DNA of 61,806 bases from Dicyema japonicum (taxonomy: Eukaryota; Animalia; Dicyemida): the NCBI GenBank assembly GCA_011109175.1, contig RDEW01000011.1, positions 1,172,877 through 1,234,682 on the forward strand. Reading direction: 5' to 3'. Of this stretch, positions 43,561 through 55,591 are shown piece by piece (the first letter of the stretch is position 1; each line of letters opens with the position of its first letter). The notes beneath the pieces were generated by a model, which searched no databases, was not told the DNA's origin, and saw only the letters and a program-made list of their open reading frames with translations. The position numbers and the translations under genes are program-made.

Positions 43561-44178
43561 ATGTTTTCCAAACAAGAACACTCTATTAGAGTCAACATTC
43601 TCGGTGCCCCACATGTTGGCAAAAGTAGTCTTTTGAGCCACTACATGTACGGAGACTCACTTACCAAAGTATATTTATGTTATCAAGTAGATTACTTCAA
43701 ATGAAGCCACAAAACAAATATTGATTGATGATATGCAGATCAACCTAATAATTGGCGTAAACTCTGAGATAGACCCCAAAATAAATTCCAATCGTTTATT
43801 CTCTGGGCACTTTAATGCCTACGTCATCGTATATGATGTAACCGACAGTAAATCCTTTAAAGTTGCAAAGAATTTGGTTAATAAATTGCCCAGCCTATCA
43901 ATAGTGGTCCTTGTGGGTAATAAGGCCGATCTGAGAACTCGACAGGTTGAATACGAAGTACAAGCCAATTTCATTTTAGTCAGTCAAAAACTATGCCAGA
44001 CTCCGCGATGTTTATTACTTTGAGACATCCTCCATCAAAATGATCAATGTTAATGAAGTATTCGAACATATCAGTATTTATTCTATAATTTTTAGTTTTG
44101 GAATTCACTAGGAAGAAATACAAATCAAGAATAAGTTGGGGATTACTTAAAGTTAAAAGATTCTTTAAAAAAGTCTAA
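43561..44178 (+). CDS. Divergent Ras-superfamily small GTPase, Rab5-like C-terminal half, lacking G3 and prenylation Cys; three 22-nt introns
   Basis: GAPHVGKS, VYDVTD..SF..AKN, GNKADL, ETSS, NVNEVF; frame intact after splicing. Confidence 0.85.
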
Positions 44179-44879
44179 ATTTAGTTTTTATGATTTGGTG
44201 ATAGATGTGGACTGACTTGTTCACAAGTACATTTAGATTCCCCATGTTAGGATCGGTTCCATAAAGGTGTCGTACAGAGACAGACGTCTTCCTATTCACT
44301 AATTTGGTTGTCATTCTCTTAGCTGTCTTTCTAGAGGTGGGGACTAAGTTTCTCGATTTTTTGTCTTTATCCATCTGTTAAATCTCGGTTTTTGGGTTTG
44401 GAGGTATTTATAGAAGCTGCTTCCCAGTTAGCACTATCTTTAAATAGTTGCTTAAGAGCTTCCTCGTCTCTTGGGAATAAGTCAAGTTGTTGGCTAACCC
44501 AATTTCCATAATGTTATCACAGTAAAACATAATGAGGTCACGCAGAACCAATTTCAAAAATACAAGGAATAATAACGGAAATAAAGGATCTTCCTGATAT
44601 GTGCCCACTGTTGTCACATTTTCTCAAGACAAAATGACGTAATCTCGGCCTATGAAATTTATGAGTACATCTATCAGTTTTTCACGACATAGAGTCTCAT
44701 ATCTTGTGATATCTTCTAACATTAAATGAAGCGACAGTAAAAGGCGATCGAATAAAACATGTTCGAGACATAGCTAGATAGGCACGTGACCACCTCATAC
44801 GACGAAAGATATTGGCCACAATAACACTTAAAAATTTAACTTTATAACACAAATTTATTCTTTTATTTAAAACTGCCAT

Positions 44880-45625
44880 CCATCCAAAGTGGACCCCGCC
44901 GACATTATTGACGTTGCGTTGCCTCTCACAATTGAAACAGAGATCAACAATCGATTACATTCTATGTACGCGTGCTCACAAAGTTACAAAATGAAGCTAT
45001 TCAGTGATGAATCAAACAGAACTACGCAAACATACTATTGGATGAACTCAATGCTATCGACGTAATAAAACCCGTAAATACTCTATGGAGGAGGGCCAGA
45101 TAACATCCCAGCTAAACTAGTAAGATGTACATTAACAAAGCTAGTAGAATCGAAGAAGACGTTGCACTATATATTGGAAATTGATGGTTAATTCCGCTAC
45201 AAAAACCCGGAAAACAGAAAGACCTCTTTGCAATCTAAAACCAATAACCTTACTAACAACATTGGAAAACACTTTCACTGATTGTTTCGAGAAGATAAGA
45301 GTCAAGGTAGAAACTTTTTTGGTGCTTCGAATAGACACGTTGATTCAGTTAACAGAGGCAAACTTGTGGAAGTACTCCTAAATGCGGACCATATCAGAAT
45401 CGTTCTAAAACTTTTTCAGCACAATCAAATTGCTACCAAAATCGGGAAAACTGTCAAATTATTTTTATACATCACAGGAAATATCACAGGAAGACTCCTT
45501 GTCTCCAGTCCTGTTTATTAACTATCTAGAGGCTGCACTTAGAGAGTTAAGACCTCTTTTAGACAACAACAAATGCAATGAGATAGTATACGCGGATGAT
45601 GTCGACTTAAGTAATCTTGACTAGG
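44880..45625 (+). mobile_element. RTE LINE RT relic
   Basis: GPDNIPA, NLKPITLL, ISQEDSLSPVLFINYLE, YADD. Confidence 0.8.
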
Positions 45626-47491
45626 CCTGGAGAAGGCATAAAAATCTTCTCACTCTGGCTTTAAAATGCCTCCAAAAGGTTCATGTGACCTCTTGAGCCT
45701 TGATCAGAACCTAACTAGCTATTTATTCGAGTCTTGGATTCATAGGACACCATCTTGGTGATTCTGGACGCTTTAATAGCGTTTGTTGAAACTCCATTAT
45801 CTAAGCATGTCTGCTCCATAAATCAGTTCGTTAGTCTCTCATATGGGCAATTTTGAAAACTGATCTTCGTAAATCACATTATACAGTCCAGAACAGATCT
45901 GCTACAAGGAAACCCTTTCGTACCTCTACTATTCATTTTGAAAAATGCTTCCCCCGCTTTCGCAATCATGCCACTTCGTAGCATCTGCTATTTAAACGGC
46001 TCCACCATAGATGAAGATTAGAAGACTGACTTTCGGAGTCAGGTACGTCATCACTGCACTCTGACTAAAAACCATCATTAATGTGGTATGTTCGAAGAAC
46101 GACTGTTCATCGATATCTTTTTTCTTTCACCAATGCTCAAGACAAAATTTTCTCGACTCTTTTCAATTCCATAAAAATCTCGACTCTCCTACAAACAGAG
46201 AATGACCCCGCACTGTTTTCCCACTTACCCTTCTCTTATGTTGCATTTTTATTTTGCGAAACTTTCGTCGCGTCTCACTTTCTCTCTACGAACGACCCTG
46301 TGTTTAATGAGCAACAGACCTATGGAGACTATTACAAGACGTTAATATCATCAACGGAAAAAATCTTGAACATATTTCATGATATTAGTTAAACCCAATG
46401 CAATTTACCACTTCATTTGAGGCTTTCATAATATTTCCCTTAATGAGCTTAAAATATTATGGGATGTAAATTACTTGGTTTACCACAAGGATTAATAATC
46501 CTTACTAAGATGTCGAGAGAGTTGTTCTAAATCTTGAACATATTTCATGATATTAGTTAAACCCAATGCAATTTACCACTTCATTTGAGGCTTTCATAAT
46601 ATTTCCCTTAATGAGCTTAAAATATTATGGGATGTAAATTACTTGGTTTACCACAAGGATTAATAATCCTTACTAAGATGTCGAGAGAGTTGTTCTTCCA
46701 GGAGGGAGGATTGGCAAAGTCACTAAGTAATTACAGCAAAGGCTTTCTTGGTCATTCCGACGCAGTACATGTGGAAAAACAAATATTTAGTCTAAGCGAA
46801 ATTTACCACTACGATTTGTATCTCTGTCCATTCCGCTGTCCTAATCCCGCCTTCACTAAACAGAAGAAAATGAAGAGTTCTCAACCCTTTGCTTCTGAAT
46901 CGTCTCGATCTCCTTCATAATGTTTTTATTATCACAAACAAATATTTAGCCTAAGCGAAATTTACCACTACGATTTGTATCTCTGTCCATTCCGCTGTCC
47001 TAATCCCGCCTTCACTAAACAGAAGAAAATGAAGAGTTCTCAACCCTTTGCTTCTGAATCGTCTCGATCTCCTTCATAATGTTTTTATTATCACAAAAAA
47101 AGACAGATTAACAATTATTAGTGATTCTATACGTTAAATTTGAATTAATTTTATTGAACCAGAAAGCCACTGTCATAGCCAAAAAAATTCAGGTGATCCC
47201 GGCCTCCCTCAACAGTCTCTGCATGCTCGGATTTTAAGGATGTGACGTCCGGAAAACTCCTCTGGGTGGTTGTCGACTAATGGTCCTTTTTGGATATAAA
47301 ACATTATATTTCAAACATTGTAATATTTAATTTTGCAAAAGTCCACAAACTTTGTTCAGCCGACATTCCTGTAGTCAGTTAATAACGTGTCCTTTCATAG
47401 AACACTTATTTTAAATGAGATAAATATTAATATAAAAATAATTTATTTTAATATTAAATAAATATTAAAACAAATAGGAGTTACTGTGGAA

Positions 47492-48153
47492 ATGGGGAAT
47501 AAACAAAGTGTAATTTCACAAGAAAGAATGAATTCCTATATTGTTGAAATTTGATTAATTAGCAGGATTTGACATACTTACACACTGATGAGATATTACG
47601 GCTTCACTCTAAATTTTCAAAGTTCAATTTGACAATATGCGGACAAACAGGAAAGCCCTCAATTTCCAAGGAGCAATTCTTTATGATCCCCGAATTTGAG
47701 GTAACCTAGTTTTAATCGTAGAATAATCCATATACTGATCGGATCTTTGATGTCATATCTGCAAACAAACCAGGACTCAATTTCGATGACTTTGTGAATT
47801 TGTTTTCCATCCTCTCTCCACGTGCTGTCCTCGGCGTCAAAGCTAATTTTGTTTTTAGAATTAATGGTATTTGTCTCGGATAATGCAGACTTTGATGATG
47901 ATGGGAAAATAAGTCGTGATGATATTTCCAAAACTATAAAGACCGTTTTGGGGAATGAAACCTTGACTGAGAGAAACGTAGAGGCCATTGTTGACTATGT
48001 GAGAATTGTATTTATTTGGAGATTTTGGGTGAGTTGGATTTAGATAATGATGGATTTATTGGGAAGGAGGAGTTTATCATGGGAATGGAAAAAATTGCAA
48101 ATTTCATTAAGTATTTATTTTTTTAATTTAGTTCCTACATTGTTTTTGTTTAA
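47492..48153 (+). CDS. Calcium- and integrin-binding protein (CIB2/3-like EF-hand protein); 5 introns of 21-23 nt
   Basis: MGNKQS myristoylation start, IPEFE|NNPYTDRI, DFDDDGKISRDD and DLDNDGFIGKEE EF-hands. Confidence 0.9.
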
Positions 48154-48799
48154 TTAATATTTAACATTCTTTTATTAACTTTTTGACTTTGTTTATTCGT
48201 CACCACAATGTTAACCACAAATTATGGACATTTAAATACGCTTTAATAATATAAGACATATTCCTTGAGCTTTCAGACCCCACACTCTACATATACTTAC
48301 GTCTTTGGCACATCTGTCTGGGTAGGTCAGACCAAGGGTACAACCAAGCTAACTAATTCCTTGTTCAAACATCACCTAAGCACAGTGACCCAGATGACGT
48401 TGTCTCGGAAACTGAAGTCGATCCCATGATCGTCGCCAGGGAACGAAATTGTCTCCCAGAGGAATGAATAGGATGGTATATTTTGTTAATCAATTATATT
48501 TCGATCAATATTATCGAATTCTAAATTTTCATGAGGCATAGGTGGAACAAATAACTTTGATTTGTCCTTGAAGTTCAATCTCGAGAATTAGTTCATGGTC
48601 TTTTGTCTGCTGACATTATTCTCTTCTAACAAATGCAAATAATCCCATCCACACATATTTCGTATTATCCGTGGGTTGAGTTCACTTCCAATCCGGCAAC
48701 TTTGAGGAGTAATAATATTTAATACTTCATTTTGATAAAGTGACCACGTTTGGATTGCTTAATTAAAAGCTTAGGAATTTATAATTCGAATTAACAAGA

Positions 48800-49800
48800 A
48801 TCGCTTACATACGCAACGAATCATCTATTGACCACCTGAAAATATTTTCTTAAGGAAAAACACAAAGATGAGAGAAGGGGGTTACTTTCCTTGAAACAAT
48901 TGAACTTGACGAAATTTCGAAAAGTCTGTGAACGATTTGGAATATGAAGTTTACTTTACGGCTATAAATACCTTGAAATGATAGAAAATAGAAAAAGCAA
49001 CTTTTTGACAGACAAAGTGTTGAAGGTGGAGTTAAAAAGAAGATTGGTGGAGGCAAAATTGAACTCGGATAACTTGTTCAAAGGCATCGATGAACATGTC
49101 CTGTCTCTGTAATTACTATGTTGGATTTATTGTGTCTTCCGAATTTAAACGCCGTAACAAAATGTACACAAGATCCTTGCACATAACTTGAAATCAAAGA
49201 CCTTACCCACCAAGAGACCAGCTTAGAATGGGATTGGTATTCATTACACATAAAAATTATACTTTTCCAATTTTTCCGAGACTGAGAAGAATTGTCTGAG
49301 GAAATTCAATAAATCTAAAAAACCACAAAATATATAAAACTTAGTATTATCAATATACATCTACTAAGAGCCCAGAAGAAACAATTCAAAACCACTACAT
49401 GATATTCTTTTCAACTGTTCGAATGATATCGACATTAGGTAATCATGGATGCCACGTGGGAACGATTATGGCAGATATGAAGGAATTTATTCTTGAATAA
49501 NGAGACCAGCTTAGAATGGGATTGGTATTCATTACACATAAAAATTATACTTTTCCAATTCTTCCGAGACTGAGAAGAATTGTCTGAGGAAATTCAATAA
49601 ATATAAAAAACCAAAAAATATAAAGAACTTAGTATTATCAATATACATCTACTAAGAGCCCAGAAGAAACAATTCAAAACCACTACATGATATTCTTTTC
49701 AACTGTTTGAATGATATCGACATTAGGTAATCATGGATGCCACGTGGGAACGATTATGGCAGATATGAAGGAATTTATTCTTGAATAATGTTAAACAATT
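48800..49800 (+). mobile_element. Possible P-element-like transposase C-terminal relic
   Basis: YYVGFIV segment resembles the C-terminal YY.GY motif; heavily decayed. Confidence 0.25.
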
Positions 49801-49909
49801 TTCACAAATAATGTTGACCACTGACAACAACAAAAAAACCGCGATTTACGCGAAAGCCATATTACCTATAACTACGCCCAGGAAGGACACGCACTTTATT
49901 AAAGAAAAG

Positions 49910-50290
49910 GGACTTGTTCAGTTGGAGCCATTCGGACTGACCCCAGCTAACAAAAGGCCAGACGGAAAAACCCTTCCTATGAGAATGTGGTCGATACCTA
50001 GCCTGGGACGCCACCTGTGTGGATTGCCTCTTTCTCACCAACTTTGCTATGACTGCAACTAACTTAGTGAGACCCTAAAAATGAAGAAATACGATTGTCT
50101 CGCTGAACAGTTATTTGACCCAGGCCCGTAGAAACGTCAAGAATTATAGGAAGCAGATCACTGACCCTGCTAAGCTGAATCGGATTGTTCATCACGAAAA
50201 GGAAACATAATAGAAGAGAAATGAGCATTTCCTTTCAAATCGCCACGGGAAATGAGCTCTCAGTTATGAAAGCAACCAGTAATTGCTTAA
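49910..50290 (+). mobile_element. CRE-like non-LTR C-terminal relic
   Basis: KRPDGKTLP...LAWDATCVD. Confidence 0.75.
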
Positions 50291-50379
50291 TGTTAGTTTT
50301 TGTTTTTTTATATCTTTTTTTACTTATCTTTAATGATTGTCGGCCATTTTATTAACAAATAAATTAATTTAGACAATAA

Positions 50380-51000
50380 TTAGGACGACAGAGTGGCGAA
50401 GGCGTTACCTCTGATAATCGCCATTTCGAGCCTCTGCCTCAACAGAGTCCCTACCATAGCTTGCACCTTTTTGAGGCGAGTTTGCTACCAATGCTGTAGA
50501 GAAAGCCGTCCGTCTTCGCGCCTACAGTTCCAGTTGTCTCCCCAGCAATGGAGGCGAAATGGTCTCCGAGGGATTCGTACTTATGGATCTTTTTGACCTC
50601 CAAAATGATTTAATTAAAAAAATATTAAAAAAGCACTTAATTCAAGGAACTTGAAANTTGTCTCCCCAGCAATGGAGGCGAAATGGTAATGGTCTCCGAG
50701 GGATTCGTAATTATGGATCTTTTTGACCTCCAAAATGATTTAATTAAAAAAATATTAAAAAAGCACTTAATTCAAGGAACTTGAAAGGCTATGCTGTTTC
50801 CTCTGACAATAGCTATCGAGAAGCCATCCAGTCACACGTGGATCCTTGGTGACCCATCAGATCATTGAATCGATCCGACGGACTAGATCCTGACATCTCA
50901 ACAGCAAATGGGATAAACAAGTGATCCTTCAAAATGATTCGGTACTACCTTCTCTTCTAATCTTTGGCTTGCTTAGAAGCATGACCTGAGTCAGAGACTG
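50380..51000 (-). mobile_element. Two CRE-like 3' relics
   Basis: RQRLEMAIIRGNA and SIAIVRGN; the second resembles 42300-42640. Confidence 0.7.
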
Positions 51001-51019
51001 TCAATTCAATAAGTCTTTA

Positions 51020-51280
51020 GTATTAAAGTACAGTTATAGATAATCTACAAAAGGAGAATCAAGGAATGCTCTTAACTTCTTTTTGTTGTATGTGAGTCCT
51101 TTGATTTCTTTATGATGATCCGCTCCCGCAGTAAAATGTTCACTGATGAATGTGTCACTTGTCAAGCCAAAGCATCGTATATGGGTGGAATCTTCAGCCG
51201 GAATGTACAGCAGTGAGATTCGAACCAGGGACCATCATCCCTTTTTGCCTTGCACTTATGACACTGAGCCTTGCCAGCTA
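51020..51280 (-). mobile_element. tRNA-derived SINE, diverged copy 4
   Basis: B box GGTTCGAATC and shared body. Confidence 0.65.
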
Positions 51281-52114
51281 CACTTGATAACAATGTGTGG
51301 TCAAATGCTGAACAGGGACTACTTAGGTTGACATTACAAAATATTGGGGTACAAGCATCGGTAATAGTGAATAAAAAATTCTAAAAAACATAACTCACTT
51401 TGTATAATCTGTTGTTGCGTACGAGTCTGTGAAAAATCGAGTGGAAATAATAATAAAGGCGGTACAAAACAATAAAAAGAGTATTTTCGTAAGCAATAAC
51501 AACATCACCTATAAAAGTCACTATCACTTTCCACCAATCATTAAAACAGGTTGAGAAATTGGTCTCATACATCATAAAATAAATACCTAAAAAATACAAA
51601 AACGAGAAGCCAGTAAAGATGATCATGTTAGTGTCCCAAAGAGTAGGAAAATCTGTTGAGAACTATTAGTTATCTTTACTTTATTAGGCAAAAATTCTGA
51701 GTTAAGGGTAAATTAGATAGTCCTGACTCGTAGCATAGACATTTCTCCAGTATCCCTTCTCCTTAATTGCTTGCTTGATAGTAAGAGTTCAGGATTTCAC
51801 ATCTTTTTCGGAAGCCACTGATCCTATCCTCCACTATGTGGCTATTGATTCAAACTTATACACGCAATCGCTGCCTTTTTGTCTTCCCCAAAAGCTTAAG
51901 TATCCTGTCCTTCTTTGTTGAAAAGTACATGCTTCACTCGAAGGATCGAAAGGAACCGTTATATAACTATTTTATTAACTTTGTTAAAGAATAATTAAGC
52001 TGACGGCAATATTCGAGGTAGGATGTTTCATGACAGGCTTTCCGTGTTATAATTTCCCTAAACTGATTACTCTCCTCAACCCACAAGAGAAATATTATTA
52101 AAATCACATTAAAG

Positions 52115-52964
52115 TCAAACTTCATACAAAAGAAACAACGGGTCCTCCATTTGAAAGACATCTTGCAGACAATTCTTTATTATTCCACGGTTATATGGAT
52201 TACCCCGCATTCCGTCAAAATACCATACTTTACGTGGGTCGTGTGTGATAATCTCCCACGTGGTACGATTGGAGCAAATTAGATAAAAGTGGAAAAATAC
52301 AAGGCATGTGGTATTAATGGCACTAAAAAAACAGGTTACACCCAGAAAAAGCATCAAAAAATTAGTCCCACTAAAACTGAGAGTCCACGTGGGACTGAAA
52401 AAGTGCAATAAATTCAAGAATCCCCACCAAGACTGTTTGGAGAACATGGATACCAAAATAAAGAAAATAAAATGGTTTCTTCTGCCAATACATGAGCCTA
52501 AGAAAAAGCAGTGATGATCGTAATGTTCCACACAGCCTTTGCAGTAAGAACAGTGACGAGATCTATTCCTTTTCTAAGATCAACCAAGAAATTACGGTTG
52601 ACCAACATTTGTGACAGACTTTGTAATCGGATAGTCCCTCAGGGTCGAAATTCTATGGGATAAAAGGAATCGGTACCGACTGGTCACTCAAAGTATTCTT
52701 AGGGGTGAATCCGGGTCCGATGAACCAAACCATAATGTAAACCACGTGGGAAACAAGAAGCAGCCAGAAATTGTGAAAGTATAATAAATCCCAGTAAGAA
52801 TTGTAATTTTTGAAAAAGATTATGAATAGGACTGAAAATGAAACACAGGTTGTATAAAAATAAAATATTAGAAAAAAATACAAATTCGAAAGATCTAAAT
52901 GATAAAATAACAAAATACTGGAGGTAAAAAATAAAAAATCAGACAAAAGTTTATTTATCGTCAT
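52115..52964 (-). CDS. DHHC palmitoyl acyltransferase (ZDHHC12-like); start codon and N-terminal introns uncertain
   Basis: GPG, CHKC...RSRHCSYCKGCVEHYDHHCFFLGSCIGRRN, TTWE, NPYNRG; introns of 24 and 22 nt. Confidence 0.92.
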
Positions 52965-53356
52965 CAACAACACGACGGATTGAATAATGATCAAAATAAT
53001 TAAAAATTATAAATAATATAAATTATTTAATTTTAATTAATATCTATTTAACTTGAATATGTTTTAATATTATTATTTGAAATTCTATTTAAATTAGGTT
53101 ATCCTAAAAATTTAGTTAATTACTTTATTAATTTATTTAATTTAATAAATCAAAATGTAAATCATTTAAAGAGAAATCCGAATTAATGTTCAAATCTCTG
53201 ATTCTCAATAATGTTCCTGAAATATGCAAACTAACCTATTTGCGTTAATGTAAGAAAATGTAAATGAGAAATTGGAACAACGTTTAAATAAAAATGAGCG
53301 CAGTCAAATAATTATTTGGTGTGACCTGTTGGCTTTTTGATTTTCCTAGAATTACA
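52965..53356. promoter_or_regulatory. Probable bidirectional promoter region between DHHC and STAT
   Basis: 392-bp very AT-rich, TE-free spacer between divergent start codons. Confidence 0.5.
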
Positions 53357-55591
53357 ATGTCAATTTGGCAAATGTTTCTTAACGTTTTTGATAACAATTT
53401 TGATCAGGCAAAATATAGTTATAGAGGCGTTCTGTCGTTTGAAAGCAGGCATTTTCTAGCAAACTGGGTTGAGAAAAACTTGAGGTACTCATTGTTGTCA
53501 TTGTAGGACTGACATTGACGAAAACCATTCTGAGTTTATAAAATTCTCTGAAAACTTTGTTTCTCGACTTAAAACCTACATAAAACAACAGTTAAATTCA
53601 GGGATTCAGAACAATCATCTGAAGAAGGCTCTGGAAGACACTCTAACGACCATTGATGTGGGCTTTGAGTTATTGGCAGGAAAATAATCTGGATTTTGTT
53701 AAAGCTATCATAAGGAACATTGAAGAGGAAAAACTGATAATTCAAAATTTTGCAAGAAACAAACAAAGGGAAAACTCAAATATTGAAAAAAATACAACAC
53801 TTTTGGTTTTTCTATGACATAAATTAGAATTTTAAGACAAATTTTAATTTTTTTGTCGAAATCCAGAATTATCGCAACGACCTCAACTACATCAGCTCAT
53901 TATTGAGAGTAAGCTTGTGGATCACCCTAGGACTCTGAAAACCTCATGAACAACCTTCACCAGCAACAACAGCTCTTCATGTCCCAGGATAATGACAGAC
54001 TGATCAGTATTCTAGTTTTTTACTTTTAGACGGAATCGACAAAAATATAGTCGTTCAAGATTTCAACAACAAGCGAATAAGTCTCTCAGAGCAACACAGG
54101 AACATTTTGAGGGAGTTGATGAGAGTTCAGGAGACCATGTTGGGGGATGAATTCAGGAGACAGGTTGAAATTGAGGATAACAGCATTCTTGACAGGATTC
54201 AACCACTGTAGAGCACAAAATATACCTTAGATGTGAGCTGATTTGTGATCAGTTGCTGTGTTTGAAGACTCAACTACAGAAAGCTGAATATTGGCATCTC
54301 AATCTAGACAAGGGGATTGAAACGGTCATAACTAACTTTTTGTCTTCGTTAGTGTCCGCGTAGGTTTATGTTATCCACATCAGGGCATTCGTGGTGGAGA
54401 AACAACCTCCTCAGATTCTCAGAAAGGACGCAAAATTCTCAGTTTGTGTAAGAATGCTGCTTGGGGGAAGATTTAATTTGAACTTGAATCCACCAAAAAT
54501 AGAGATTTCAATTATAAGGTAGGGGTTCCTAATATTTAAGCGCTCACACTGCCGGGGAAATTTTCAAAGCGAATGGATGTTCCTCAAATATGAAAGCTGG
54601 GGAACTTATAAACAACGTGGGTTTAATGGAGTTCAGTCAAAACAAGCAGAAAATGAGTGCTACTTTTAGAAATCTGGTCCTCAAAAAGATAAAGAGATCT
54701 GACAGAAAATATGCCGAGGTTGTGACGGAGGAAAAATTTGCGTTAATATTCCAATCAACGTTCAATTTGGGAAAAGAGCTAATTTTCGAAGTTTGGGTAT
54801 TTTCTTGTGTCATTTTAGTGCAGACATTCTCTTTACCGATTGTCGTTATAGTTCATGGAAACCAAGAATGCAATGCTATGGGAACTATCCTCTGGGACAA
54901 TTGTTTTTTGACCCCGAGTAAAACAAATCCGCATAGTGCTGCAATTTGGGGGAGGCTTGTGGGTTCCCTGAATGAAAAAATGTTTCAATTCACAGGAAGG
55001 GCCTTTAGTGGAAGCGAAATAAATTATTTGACTAACAAATTAGGTGAATAATTTATATAATTAGGAATTATTGGTGATCACTGTACTAAAACACAATTTT
55101 ACAAGGAAAATATGCATCGGTTCGGATTCACTTTCTGGGATTGGATTTGGAATATAATGAAGTTGCTGAAGGATAATCTTAGAACACTATGGCTGGATGA
55201 GTAATATTAATCACTGTTTTAGGTCAATATACGGGTTTATCTCTATTAAAGAAGCATATGAACTGTTGGTGGCTTGTCCTGTGGGGACATTTTTGTTGAG
55301 ATTTGCGGATGATGAGTTGGGTGGAATCAGCATTGCCTGGGTGGGCGTTGACTCTAATGGTATAACTGTACACATATTGTAGGAAATCGTAAATATCGTT
55401 CATTATTTCCATTCACTCACAGAGATCTGGCAATAAGGTCACTGTGTGACAGAATTATGGATTTGGATGAGTTAATATACGTGTATCCATGTATTCCTAA
55501 AAGGGAGAGGTTTTGGGGGAGACCAGCTGATAAACAACTCCATGAGAATTACGTTAATTTTAAATTAGTTACTAAAATTGACTATGATTAA
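53357..55591 (+). CDS. STAT: STAT transcription factor (STAT5/invertebrate type); 12 introns of 21-27 nt; no C-terminal transactivation extension
   Basis: RHFLANWVE, FVVEKQPPQ, LKKIKR, VTEEKF, SLPIVVIVHGNQ, FTFWDW, SH2 GTFLLRF, tail tyrosine NYV. Confidence 0.96.
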
